DNA from: Eledone cirrhosa
Lineage: Eukaryota
Length of the DNA: 64,000 bases
NCBI GenBank assembly: GCA_964016885.1
Contig: OZ024740.1
Coordinates: forward strand, 285,262,001-285,326,000
Reading direction: 5' to 3'
Under the pieces are notes generated by a model. The model was not told where the DNA came from. It was given only the letters and a program-made list of their open reading frames with translations, and made no database searches. A program made the position numbers and the translations under genes. This document shows, piece by piece, positions 10,360 through 22,914 of this stretch (position 1 is the first letter of the stretch; every line of letters starts with the position of its first letter).

Positions 10360-11170
10360 TAGGGTCTTTAGAGTAATGTTTCTCGATAAAGTGCGTAACT
10401 CGGAGATCAGAGAGTCACTCCAGGTAGAGCTGCTACTTCTCTGAATTCAGAGATCACAGCTCCGATACAATAGGCATGTGGTTAGAATGTCTCAGGAAAG
10501 AATCGCTGGACAGATTTTACAGGCAAAACTAACCGGCAAGGAACCCAGGGGTAGACCCCGAGCAAGATGGTTGGATAACATCCATGAGCTTGGCTGGTCA
10601 CACTTGAGGATTCAGCCAGATTAGTTGGAGACGGTTGCTTCTTACAGGACCTGCTGCAAGGAGTGTTTGAGGACCCTCTCAGGAATAAGTGGGCAAAGAA
10701 GAAGAGAAGGTTGCTTTACTGGAGCTGGTATAAGAATGTGCCAACTTCAGAAGGGAAGTAGCTATAAAAAAACACACTCCCTACCCTTACCTATGCTCAT
10801 GAATCTGAGGTAATGACCAAAAGAGTACAATAACAAATTCAAGTGGCTGACATGGGGGTTCTCTGAAGAGTCTCTGGAAAAACATTACTCAATATGGTGC
10901 ATAGCTTGAAGTTTAGGGAGTCCCTCCAGGTAGAACTGCTACTTCTTTGCATTGAGAGATCCCCACTCTGATACTACTGAATGGTTAGAATGTCTAAGGA
11001 AAGAATTGCAGGACAGATTTTCTATGAGCAAGATGGTTGAATCATATCCATAACTTTGGTTGATCTTACTTAAGGATCCAGCCAGATGATTTAGATGGTT
11101 ACTTTTGATAGGACCCTCAAGAAGGCATATATAAGGACTCTGCTCCCACAAGTCTCTCAAGAATAAGTGG
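10360..11170 (+). mobile_element. Two degraded 3' fragments of another RTE-like LINE
   Basis: RHVVRMSQERIAGQILQAKLTGKEPRGRPRARWLDNI remnant, repeated in decayed form at about 10840-11170. A reverse copy lies at about 48060-48530. Confidence 0.65.
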
Positions 11171-11810
11171 GTGAAAAAAAAAAGAGGAGGAAATTGCTTT
11201 ACTTACTTTCTACAGATTTTATTGATATAGTTAAGAACAGTAACCTGAGTAACAGTAATCAAAAACAGTAACCTGGGTATATTAGCTGCAAACACAAGAG
11301 AAAGGCTTTGAAAGTAGAGATATTCCAAATATTCTATTTGACAAGGTGTAGGCATTTTTCTGGTTGATTTGTTAACTAAGAAAATAACTAAGATTATTAA
11401 GGTTTATTGAAATTCTTTATTTTGTTAGGCACTAGTTACTGAAAACAAAAAGGTATTGTCAGCCATTTAGACAAGAAAGCCTATTCCATAGATATCCATT
11501 TATTTGGAAACTTTATGGTTAGATATAAAAACATATTTATAAGTGGAGCCTTTCAAATTCTGAAAATGTTATTTTTAGTTTGATGTTGGCTTTTGCACAG
11601 TAAGTTTATGCACAATCTATTAAGTATTGGTGGTTTCTCTATTTTACTAAAGATAGGGATCACATACTGAAAAAGATGAGTTTGGAATAATTGAAATAAA
11701 ATATGCTGATAGCTGATGGGATAATCAAATCAATGTCTAATATTTAGTGTTTATTGGCGTATCTAAGAAAACAGATTCAGTAATAACATTATGATATAGA
11801 CTAATTTGTT

Positions 11811-12085
11811 GAGGCGTGTGGCCAAGTGGTAAGGGTGTTGGACCTATGATCATAATGTCACGGGTGCAATTCCTGGACTGGGTTAGGTGCTCTGTTCTTG
11901 AGCAAAACACTTAATTTCACATTGCTCCAGTATACTCAGAAATGAGTACCAGCAATAACTGGAGGTTTAACCCTGCAATGTGCTGGCATCCTATTAAGGA
12001 GGAAGTCTTGTACTCTCAGTCGCTTCACACCATGAAACTCGGGATAAGCACCAGCCTACTGAGCCTCCTAGCTTCAAACAAACTT
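11811..12085 (+). mobile_element. SINE family B copy
   Basis: Homologous to 3915-4207. Confidence 0.75.
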
Positions 12086-12090
12086 TAAAC

Positions 12091-12752
12091 CAGGGGCGTG
12101 CAACAGGCAGCTCGCAGGCCACAATCCGGCCCACCAGACCAGTCAGAGTGGCCTGCGATGACTGTTTTTAATTTTTACCTTGTAGGCTCATTTAGAATTT
12201 TTTTCATAAGCATATGGAGGCACATGGCTTAGTGGTTAGAGCATTGGGCTTGCAATCGAAAGGTAGTGAGTTCAATTCTCAGACTGGGTGATGTGTTGTT
12301 TCCTTGAGAAAGACACTTTATTTCACATTGCTCCAGTTTACTCAGCTGTAGAAATGAGATGATAGGACTGGGGTCCATATCATTCCACTGCAAAGTGGTC
12401 GTGGAGGTGCCATGGCAAAAAAGCACCCAGCACTCACTGTAAATGAGGTTGGTGTTAGGAAGGGCATCCAGCCTTAGAAATCAAGCCAGAATCGAATCAG
12501 TTCCCGTCCCACCCTTGCAAGCAGGGAAAAGCGGACGTAAAATGAAATGAATGAATAATACATTTTTCTGTTTGTTGACCTATACTAAAGGGCTTCACTG
12601 ATAGGGTTATGTGTGTTATAATTTCCCAATTCCATGTTATGGAAAGAATTTGTGGTGAATCTTTGGAATAGTGCTTAATAAATATTAATGGCCCTAATAG
12701 TTGTTCCAATGTTCAAAAGTGGCCTGCCAATAGAAAATGTTGCACACCCCTG
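12091..12752. mobile_element. hAT-type MITE with nested SINE
   Basis: TIRs caggggcgtgcaac / gttgcacacccctg; 8-bp TSD ctttaaac/ttttaaac. Confidence 0.8.
12216..12554 (+). mobile_element. SINE family A copy
   Basis: Near-identical to 2725-3068. Confidence 0.85.
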
Positions 12753-15134
12753 TTTTAAACTAATAGGCTGAATTTAGAAATATTATATTTTAAAAGTATG
12801 TATGGGCTCCATATCTGTTGGTGGAGTCTTAAGGATGCTGTAGTGACATAGCAATGTCTTAAGTATTTTAAACCTGGTGGAGCCTAGCCCTCTCCAGTTC
12901 TGAACGCAACAAATTTTTTCCAGAGTAAAAAAAAGAGAGCGACAGAGAGGAAGTAAGAAAGCTTTATAGCGGAAGAGTTGATCCAGTACTGGATTTACTA
13001 TTTTTTTTTACTTCTAAATGATGAAAGGTAAAGTTGACCTTGGTGTCATTTGAACTTAGAATACAGAAAGCCAGAATGACTACTGCAGAGCATTTCATCT
13101 AACGTACTAACAACTCTACCAATTAGCCATCTACATTTTAAAATATAATTAGTTATAACTGGATAGCTGAAGCCAGTAGAGATAATGTAGGATGGTGCAA
13201 CTATTTCTTGAGTTGTGATAAATATATCTGTTTTTTATATAAGTAATTACTCATCAGAACAGCGATAAATGTAAAAGATGACTGTGGCCACCACCTTGAA
13301 AGGATTTTAAACAATCATACAATAGATCAGAACATTTCATCTCAAAGTTATATGACAACATCTACTGTGTTCGGAATTTTGAAAAATATTTTGTGCAACG
13401 TATCTCAAAATAAATTACTGAATGCGGCAGTATACCTTGTCTCGTGTATAACAAATAACTGTTTCTACTTTTGGCACAAGGCCAGCAATTACCCAGTACA
13501 TTACTGGTACTTTATTTTATCGACCCCGTAAGGATGAAAGGCAAAGTGAACCTCAGCGGGATTTGAACTCATACCGTAAAGGGACATAACTATGCTGGAA
13601 AGCATGGCGTCCAACTCTCTACCGATACTGCCAAACAAATAACAATAGTGAGTAGTATATTTTTCTATTTATTTATAGCAATAGTGAGTAGTATATATTT
13701 TTTTTTTTTTTTTGCTAAAATTACCATTAAAGCTTTAAAGTTATTTCATTTCTTACTCTATATACATAATTTGCTAAATCTTTTAATGAAATGATGAAAT
13801 AGAATTTTGCTAAAAAAATTCTTGAACGTGGTTAGTTTTGATAATCTTTGTTTATTTCAAGCAAAGCATCCCTGCTAATGAATCAATTAGATACTCTGTT
13901 CTAATATATAGCTATTTGTTGGATTACATTGTCATAAGTGGAATAAGTGTTCAGCCCTTAGTATGCACATCCTGCAAGTGTTCTGCATTGAAAGGCAGTA
14001 TGTCTGTGAATCAGGATATTTCGGGGAAAAGTGTGCTAGAAATGACACTGATGCACTTAGCACCACTGATGTTTAAAAGAAAGAGATCTGGAAATGTTAT
14101 GAGAGGCTGATGAATGGGAGGAAGACTGACTACCCCCAACCTGCCCAACAGAAGGGTTAGCTATTGAAATCAACAGTTATAGGGTCAAAGCAATCAAGAA
14201 GATGAAGAATGGTAAAACCAGAGATAGTCGCCAAGATGCTAAAAGCATGGAGGTTTGGTTAGCATGTTCAAAATATAAAAGAATCATTTTACTGAAATAT
14301 AAACATAGCCTGTAATGCACTGATTAATGTGGATAAAATAAGTATATTATTTTATGTATGTAAAAAAATTAGACAGCAGATATTTGAATTTCACATTGTG
14401 AGAAGGAATTGAGTGGTGGTAAGAAACTCTCAGGAGAGCTGGACAGCAGATCTTCACAGAAGAAACTCCCCACAAGCATGTGTTTTGGCCCTTAACTTCT
14501 AAGGAAGAGTTAATTAGATTAACGCAGAAACGATGTTTATGTATAATATAAAGGGGAAATGTTTTCTTACAGACAATTTTTTTATTTTTGTTTTGAATTA
14601 TCTATGTCTCTCTTGAAATTGTTTCTTAATTGTAATGGATAAAACCAAAGAATTTGGAAGAAATTTAATAATATAACAAATTTTCTCATTATTAAGCTGT
14701 TACCATTAAAAATATTAGAAACACAAATGATTAATCAGAATAGATGTCAAGCTAAAACCAAATGGTAGGTTCAGAATTAAAAACTTCTTCAAGTGTCTCC
14801 ATCCAAGGAAGAAGTAGTAGATGTGTGAATTAAAGCCCTCAAGATGACTGACTCATTTTGTTACATAAGTGATTTAATTCTACAGACTGATGCTTCTGGT
14901 TATGTCATCACAGTGAGTGTGCTATCTATAGAGATGAAACTCAGAGAACTACTTCCTGTGCTGATCAACCATAGCATACCCTTACATTTTAAGAAGCATG
15001 TTTACAATGTTTGCATTTGAAGTGTGGCTTCGTGGAAATGGGAGATATGATTACAAAAACTTGATCACAATAGAATCCAAACCTGAAGGAACAACATATG
15101 TAAAACTGTATAGTAGTTATCGCTCATTGAAATA

Positions 15135-15765
15135 TCTATATATATAAAACTGAATATGTCTGTCTGTGTGTGTGTGAGTTTGAATCGCTAAAACTAGAGA
15201 AGTACCCAACCGACTTTTTTCAAACTTTACATGTGTATTACTTATGTTTCAGAGAGTGTTATGCACATAAAAAATTGATCTCCTAGGGCCTGCATTAGGT
15301 GAAAAACTGCGTTTTTTCAGCTTTTTAGGGGCTCTTTGAGGCGTTACGTGAGACCGATTTCCTTGAAATTGTAACTATGTATCAGTCAGTCTCTTCTTCA
15401 TACCGTAAGCAAAGAAAATCCAACTTTTTTATGGCCTAGGGCCCGCATTAGGTTAAAAAATTCATTTTTTCAGCTTTTTAGGGCTTTTTTGAGGCATTAC
15501 GTCTAACCGATTTTCCCGAAATTTCAAGGCATATTATGCACATAAAAAAAATTTATTTTCTTGATCCCCTAGGGCCCGCATTAGGTGAAAACCTGCATTT
15601 TTCCTGCTTCATCAAGGAAAATCTTAAAGATTATCCAGCCATCAGAGTATTTGGTTTATTTTCTTTACATATTGTCCAGGCATGCAGTTTTTCCCACGAT
15701 TAGGTCTGTTGGCGGCCCGCATTCCAAATTACCTTATCCCGTGCAACGCCGGGTTCCACTGCTAG
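15135..15765 (+). mobile_element. Non-autonomous Helitron
   Basis: A|TC 5' end, subterminal hairpin cccgtgcaacgccggg, CTAG|T 3' end, no TSD, internal subrepeats. Confidence 0.85.
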
Positions 15766-16170
15766 TCTATTATAAATCTTGGCAACTGAAACCAACTCGT
15801 GAGATCCCACAATTCCTAGATTTGGAGACATTCCTAGAAGTTTCAACTAGTACCAATGCTATACTACTTGGAGTAAAGAAACAGTTTGTGTAGTTCTATT
15901 TTTACCATTATTTCCTTCAAATCTTGTGAATAAATTCTGAAATTCATTTTATTTTGTGCAACCTATTAATAATTGTTTCTACTTTTAACACAAAGCCAGC
16001 AATTACCCAGTGCATTACTGGTACTTTATTTTATCGACCCCCGTAAGGATGAAAGGCAAAGTTAACCTCGGCGGGATTTTAACCTATTAATAATATTGCT
16101 TAACTTTAGTACTACAGATGGTTGAATAGGGTGCAAGAAAGGCCAAAGCAAAGAACTAGACAATCTAGAC

Positions 16171-16563
16171 CAGCATTTCTAAATCTTTTTACCCTTGTGG
16201 AATCCTTGAAATAGTATTCATGTCTTCGGAAACCCCTGTAGAAAAATTATTATATACCATTATTAATATCTATCTATTTTGATAGGGCGGTGGATTGGCA
16301 GTATCGGTAGAGGGTCGGACGCCATGCTTTCCAGCATAGTTACGTCCCTTTACGATCTGAGTTCAAATTCCGCCGAGGTTGACTTTGCCTTTCATCCTTA
16401 CGGGGTCGATAAAATAAAGTACCAGTAATGCACTGGGTAATTGCTGGCCTTGTGCCTAAAGTAGAAACAATTAATATCTATCTATTTTTTCTGTTTGTCG
16501 TGGAACCCCAGAGACTTCTTGCAAAACTCTAAGATTCTGGAGAACACTGGCTGAGAAATGCTG
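16171..16563. mobile_element. hAT-type MITE with nested SINE
   Basis: TIRs cagcatttct / agaaatgctg; TSD-like atctagac/atctaaat. Confidence 0.65.
16285..16473 (+). mobile_element. tRNA-derived SINE family C
   Basis: gggcggtggattggcagtatcggtagag..gagttcaaattccgccgagg..ggtcgataaaataaagtaccag. Further copies at about 13455-13635, 15968-16085, 28397-28588, 28601-28792 and 34000-34250 (minus) and 51096-51285 (plus). Confidence 0.85.
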
Positions 16564-17027
16564 ATCTAAATTATTGCCTAGAGTATTAAAATCTAGAAGA
16601 ACCACACATTCTGAACAAAATTTCTTAATCCAACTAAAACCTTATAAACTTATTAATAAAGAAAACAAAGAACAACAGAGGATACTGGAAATAAGAGGGT
16701 TGTGTGATGTTATGACCTGTCACATGACTTGGCATGGGTTGTGGATTGAAAAATGCAAGCTTAGTAATTTTTTTAGTGTGGTGTGGGCAAGAAATGTCAA
16801 GAACTTAGTTGTTCAGCCTGCCAAACTGTAAATTAAATTGTTTTATTTCTGTAACATTAATCATATTATCATATGTACATTCGATAATGCCTGACTGAGT
16901 TTTTTTCATTTTTTACATATTTGAGGAACTAAAAGTGGGGTAAGTATGGGATAGAAATGTGTTTATAAAGAGTTTTTTTTTTTTTTCAATCTTGATGTTC
17001 CTCATCAGAGTTTAATATGAAGCACAA

Positions 17028-17495
17028 CACATTATAGGGTTAGCCTAGGTGAGTCATGGAGTGAAGGGGTGCATATTATAGGGTTAGCCTAAGTCAGGCA
17101 AGGAGTTAAGGGGTGCGCAATATAGGGTTAGACTAGCTGAGTCAAGGAGTGAAAGGGTGCACATTATAGGGTTAGCCTAGGTGAGTCATGGAGTGAAGGG
17201 GTGCATATTATAGGGTTAGCCTAAGTCAGTCAAGGAGTTAAGGGGTGCGCAATATAGGGTTAGACTAGCTGAGTCAAGGAGTGAAAGGGTGCACATTATA
17301 GGGTTAGCCTAGGTGAGTCAAGGAGTGAAGGGGTGCATATTATAGGGTTATCCTAGGTCAGTCAATGAGTGAAGGGGTGCACATTATAGGGTTAGCCTAG
17401 GTCAGTCAAGGAGTTAAGGGGTGCGCATTCTAGGGTTAGACTAGCTGAGTCAAGGAGTGAAAGGGTGCACATTATAGGGTTAGCCTAGGTCAGTC
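17028..17495. repeat. 44-bp satellite with a 3-unit higher-order pattern, running into an assembly gap
   Basis: Unit attatagggttagcctaggtgagtcaaggagtgaaggggtgcac, about 10.5 copies visible. Confidence 0.95.
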
Positions 17496-17695
17496 NNNNN
17501 NNNNNNNNNNNNNNNNNNNNNNNNNNNNNNNNNNNNNNNNNNNNNNNNNNNNNNNNNNNNNNNNNNNNNNNNNNNNNNNNNNNNNNNNNNNNNNNNNNNN
17601 NNNNNNNNNNNNNNNNNNNNNNNNNNNNNNNNNNNNNNNNNNNNNNNNNNNNNNNNNNNNNNNNNNNNNNNNNNNNNNNNNNNNNNNNNNNNNNN
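17496..17695. other. Assembly gap (200 N)
   Basis: Run of N. Confidence 0.99.
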
Positions 17696-17861
17696 AAACC
17701 TCCCAGTCCACACTGTAAACGTGGTTGGTGTTAGGGAAGGGTAAAACCTGTCAGACCAATCTTGCCTCAAGTGGGACAATTCCCGTCTAAATCCAAGCTA
17801 GTGTGGAAGATAGACGTTAAAACGATGATAATCATGATGATCATGATATATATATATATAC

Positions 17862-17910
<49 letters not shown>

Positions 17911-18138
17911 CATATATATATACATACATATATATATATTTATATATTAGTAAAAAGGAAAAGAAAATGCTGACAAATTTTTCCCAGTTAAAAATAGATT
18001 AATTAGGAATAAGTATAAAATTAGTAATAAGTATTGGTTAGTATTCAGTTTTAGTTTTAAGTTTTTACCGGTTGCGCATTTCTAATGCTTTTCAAAAAGA
18101 ATTTGAGATAGAGCGCTCGTGATGTTTGCTCTAATCTG

Positions 18139-18142
18139 TATA

Positions 18143-18200
<58 letters not shown>

Positions 18201-18279
18201 TATATACATACATACATATACATATATATATATATATATATACATATACATACATACATACATATATATATACATATAT

Positions 18280-18324
<45 letters not shown>

Positions 18325-18405
18325 CATATATATATATACATATACATACATACATACATATATATATACATATATATACATACATACATATATATATACA
18401 TATAT

Positions 18406-18454
<49 letters not shown>

Positions 18455-18471
18455 CATATATATATATACAT

Positions 18472-18514
<43 letters not shown>

Positions 18515-18700
18515 CATACATACATACATACATATATATATACACATATACATATACATACATATATATATATATATACATACACATATACATACATACA
18601 TATACATATATATATATATACATATACATACATATATATATATACATACATTTATATATATACATATACATATATATACATACATATATATACTATATAT
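18139..18700. repeat. Compound (TA)n/(TACA)n microsatellite
   Basis: Seen directly; similar tracts occur at 4210-4280, 4800-4960, 17845-17945, 19950-20160 and 22335-22430. Confidence 0.97.
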
Positions 18701-18920
18701 AGGAACGATCGACTTTCGTCAAATCGGACCAAGGGAACAATGTTTCCGTTGGTCTTTCCAATTGCTAATACTATCTATCGGTCGCAACTCCAGGTAGAAG
18801 GAGCAACGTGAAATAAAGTGTCTTGCTCAAGGACATAACGCATCGCCTGGTCCAGGAATCGAACTCACAACCTTACGATTGTGAATCCAATTCTCTAACC
18901 ACTCAGCCACACGCCTTCAC
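18700..18920 (-). mobile_element. tRNA-derived SINE head with a different tail
   Basis: gtgaaggcgtgtggctgagtggttagag..gagttcgattcc plus the core ccttgagcaagacactttatttcac. Confidence 0.7.
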
Positions 18921-18940
18921 TATATATATATATATATATA

Positions 18941-19920
18941 GTTCAGAGAGCTTATACCACTATTAGCCGCTAGAGGGTTCTCCCTAAAAATGAAAGGCAG
19001 GTTATACGATGCCTGCATACGAACAGCAATGCTGCATGGCAGTGAGACCTGGGCATTGTGTGCAGAGGATATACGCAGACTAGAGAGGAACGAAGCTTGC
19101 ATGCTCCGCTGGATGTGCAATAGTAATATACGTGAACGGCAAAGCATAAACGAACTAAGGAAAAAATTAGAAATAAGAGGGATCAGATGTTGTTTACTCG
19201 AGAGAAGGCTACGTTGGTACGGTCACGTGATGCGCATGAAAGACAGCTGTATAACAAAGTGCAGGGCAATAAAGATAGACGGTAGCCACGGAGTAGGCAG
19301 ACCCAGAAAAACATGGGACGAGCTGATAAATTCCGACCTCACACGCTTACACCTCTCCAAGACAATGTCACTGGACCGAGACCTTTGGCGGTACTCAGTA
19401 ATAGAGAAGACCCGCCTTACCTAAATACAAAGTAAAAACCTACTACAGTCAGTAGGCATCTCTATCAAAACACCCCCCCCCCCCCCCCCGTCCCACCACC
19501 TCCACCCCATCCACACCGCCCCTTTCAATGTAAAGTTATGTTGGTCCCACAACATCCAGGCCGAAACAAATGAGATCGTGTAGGTGTCACGACAAAAAAA
19601 CACACAGTCCACACTGTAAATGTGGCCGTGTAGGCAACACGGTAAAAACCTCCCAGCCCCACACTGTAAATGTGGTTGGTGTTAGGAAGGGCATCCAGCT
19701 GTAGAAAACCCGCCAGACAGTCCACGCTGTAATGTGGCCGTGTAGGCAACACGGTAAAAACCTCCCAGCCCCACACTGTAAATGTGGTTTGGTGTTAGGA
19801 AGGGCATCCAACTGTAGAAAACCCGCCAGACAGTCCTATGCGAGCAAGACAACCACTCTTGCCTCAAGTGGGAAAACCCCCGTCCAAACCCATGCAAGCG
19901 TGGAACACGGACGCTAAACC

Positions 19921-19950
<30 letters not shown>
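18941..19950 (+). mobile_element. 5'-truncated RTE copy of the same family as 4964-9480
   Basis: Near-identical to 8599-9480; starts right after (TA)n, has a tandem duplication in the 3' UTR and a (GAT)n tail. Confidence 0.92.
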
Positions 19951-19951
<1 letters not shown>

Positions 19952-19991
19952 ATATATACATATAGATACATACATACATATATATATATAA

Positions 19992-20032
<41 letters not shown>

Positions 20033-20085
20033 CATACATATACATACATATATATATATACATATACATACATATATATATATAC

Positions 20086-20164
<79 letters not shown>

Positions 20165-20319
20165 ATATACACGGGTGTGTATGATTGTGTATAGAAGATT
20201 ATATTAATAAAAGGAATTCCAACTTTGCCTGATTTACTCGTTTTATTTACAATCCTTTAAAATTTATAATCGTATTAGAATGAAATAGTATGGTAGAATA
20301 TTAAATGTTAAGTGTTAAT

Positions 20320-20358
20320 TGAACAAGTACTTTCATGCTTTCGCAATCTTCAGGTTCA
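20320..20358 (-). ncRNA. Mirror copy of the 20437-20475 hammerhead motif
   Basis: Exact reverse complement within the long palindrome. Confidence 0.78.
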
Positions 20359-20436
20359 TAATGTGTGGTGACAGTCAAGTTTGCAATTTTCAAACTGACA
20401 GTTGAAAATTGCAAACTTGACTGTCACCACACATTA

Positions 20437-20475
20437 TGAACCTGAAGATTGCGAAAGCATGAAAGTACTTGTTCA
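20437..20475 (+). ncRNA. Minimal type-I hammerhead ribozyme motif
   Basis: UGAAC-CUGAAGA-uUGC GAAA GCAu-GAAA-GUAC-UU-GUUCA; GNRA-capped stem II, palindromic AAGUACUU. Confidence 0.78.
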
Positions 20476-20632
20476 ATTAACTCTTAACATTTAATATTCT
20501 ACCATACTATTTCATTCTAATACCATTATAAATTTTAAAGGATTGTAAATAAAACGAGTAAATCAGACAAAGTTGGAATTCCTTTTATTAATATATATAT
20601 ATATATACATATACATACATATACATACATAC

Positions 20633-20665
<33 letters not shown>

Positions 20666-20889
20666 AACAATTAAGTTAAAAATGTACATCCACATATGTA
20701 TACTGAAATACCAGTATGCATATGAATACACACACGTATACATATGTAGATGTACCGAGTTTTTCACTGGTCACTTTACTGTGAGTGTCCAGCTATTCTG
20801 TATGTAAACACACAGACAAACCGGTTTTTAGAGTCATACTGGTTTTTGAGGAAACACCTTTCCTCTATTCTCCAGAAAGCCAGACAAGG

Positions 20890-20934
20890 AATATTGAACT
20901 AGTTTCGATGTTGTTACATCTCATCAGCAATATT
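20890..20934 (-). ncRNA. Minimal type-I hammerhead ribozyme motif (intact core)
   Basis: AAUAUUG-CUGAUGA-GAUGU aaca ACAUC-GAAA-CUAG-UU-CAAUAUU: 7-bp stem I, 5-bp stem II, palindromic ACUAGU stem III. Confidence 0.85.
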
Positions 20935-21230
20935 TACCTATCTTCCGGCCTCTCTAGAGAATCGTAAAAGCACATATCGTTATATGCTTTTTCTATGAAA
21001 ATTAGTAGTGGGCAGACTAATTTGCATAGAGCGTGAGTACGTACCGGTTCAACGGAGACGATAAAAACAAATAACGAAACAAAATTAAATTTCGTTTCGT
21101 TTGTAACTCAGCGTCAGTCATACAAAAGTGAGTTACAAACGAAACGAAATTTAATTTCGTTTCGTTATTTGTTTTTATATATATATATATATATACATAT
21201 ACATACATATATATATATATATATATATTT

Positions 21231-22035
21231 CTAGGGCAGGTAAAATTTCCGAGATCCATGGACGAGTTCTCTCCAGCGCTCTCTGTCCCTCATTATCGCT
21301 GCCATGTCCTGCGTCTCCAACAGACCAGTGTCTGTCCTTAGGGCATCAGCATATGTTAACCTTGGTCTTCCTCTTCCAGTGTGTCCATGCAGGGGCTCCC
21401 ACAGGAGCACTGAGTGCAATGTCAACTCTGGATGTCGGTGAGCATGTCCAGCTAACCTCAGTCTCCTCTGTGTCACTTTTGAGCTGACTTTTGGGATGCT
21501 CCCATACAGCTCTGTGTTTTTCATCCTCAGTGTATACTGATTAATCTTCAGAGCCATCCTCAGCATTCTCGTGTAGCACCCATCCACCATTTGAGTGAGT
21601 TTCTTGGTCAGTGTCCAAGTCTCAGACCCGCACAGCAGCACAGACTCCACTACAGCAATGAAGAGGCGGATTTTCAGGTCTTTACGAAGGTCCGACTTCT
21701 ACACCGATCCCAAGCTGTGGCACGCCGCCCAGGCTTTGCTCTTCCTCTCAACCACATCATCTTCCGTATTCCCAATCTTTACTGTAGCACCAGCTCAGAG
21801 CAGGAGAGTTAAGGCGAAAAAGATATCAGATGCTGAATTTGCCGACGACATAGTTTTGGTGATAAATACAGTGAAAGAGGCAGAGGATTTGATGCAGGAG
21901 GTTGAGACTGTCGATGAGTGTGGGGCTGAGAATGAATGAGACTAAAACAAAATATCTGGTAGAGAATGTTGAGAAGCCAGAGGGGATCACTAATATAGGC
22001 GGGAAGCTGCTGGAATTGGTTGAGGACCTCCTGTA
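21231..22035 (-). mobile_element. RTE-like LINE fragment with 5' inversion
   Basis: Minus part: VESVLLCGSETW..RRLRLAGHAHRH..GRGRP. Plus part 21777-22035: FADDIVL..GLRMNETKTKY..VEDLLY. Flanked by (TA)n. Confidence 0.85.
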
Positions 22036-22049
22036 TATATATATATATT

Positions 22050-22331
22050 ATTTTCATCATTTCATTTCATTTTACGTCCGCTTTTTCCCTGCTTGCAAGG
22101 GTGGGACGGGAACTGATGCTGGCTTGATTTCTACAGCTGGATGCCCTTCCTAACACCAACCTTATTTACAGTGAGTGCTGGGTGCTTTTTTGCCGTGGCA
22201 CCTGCACGACCACTTTACAGTGGAATGATAAGGACCTCAGTCCCTATCATCTCATTTCTACAGCTGAGTAAACTGGAGCAATGTGAAATAAAGTGTCTTA
22301 CTCAAGGAAACAACACATCACCCGGTCTGAG

Positions 22332-22332
<1 letters not shown>
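22050..22332 (-). mobile_element. SINE family A copy, 5'-truncated
   Basis: Reverse complement of about 2787-3060. Confidence 0.8.
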
Positions 22333-22390
<58 letters not shown>

Positions 22391-22511
22391 CATACATATA
22401 TATATATATACATATACATATATATATATATTTTACGAAGAATGAACTCTGACGTGAACTTATCTCTAAAAACCCATTCCGGCTCATGTAAGGAACGGTT
22501 TTTAGTTATTA

Positions 22512-22552
22512 TGCCCTTGAGAAGCCCATTCGGGCGAAACGTAGGTAGGTGC
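22512..22552 (+). ncRNA. Hammerhead-like motif, U3-A8 variant
   Basis: UUGAGAA-GCCC auuc GGGC-GAAACGUA; stem I short and ambiguous. Confidence 0.55.
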
Positions 22553-22914
22553 TATTTTAAATAAACATGTTTTAACGGTCTATTCTCCTGTATTTTACTT
22601 CTCCACGTGCTTACCCTCTGCTAATTCTCTCGCCCACTAGATATTAACACTTCTAATATTTAACACTGCCGGCACTAGTATTGAGCACCCTCTGCATGCA
22701 TCACGCTCCCTAACTTTGTAATCACTTTGCTCTTTCTCTCATCCCCCCCCCCCCCCCCCGGCGTGCCTGATCGCAGGTATAAAATACATCTTGCTTGTTT
22801 CCAAGGACAGAATTTATCTATCTAAATTATCTTACGGACGACTTGTTGATTTGAGAATGTAAGCATTGTCTTCCATATTCCGTAGTCTTCCCAATGAGCA
22901 GTGTTTTTAAACTC

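Larger units (their letters stand above)
20201..20594. repeat. Near-perfect ~390-bp palindrome (arms of about 195 bp)
   Basis: 20201-20397 is the reverse complement of 20399-20594 with only a few differences; embedded in TA-rich microsatellite. Confidence 0.95.

Noticed and set aside
16975-17016. Hammerhead-like aaactctgatga..gaaa on the minus strand
   Set aside because: No stem II pairing or stem III; the GAAA comes from a poly-T run.
17028-17495. CRISPR array or true telomere
   Set aside because: No unique spacers, eukaryotic context, and only one TTAGGG-like turn per 44-bp unit.
18057-18811. Long YIYI/MYVC ORFs (also 4020-5078, 19682-20140, 31566-31842)
   Set aside because: Stop-free translations of TA/TACA/TG microsatellites.
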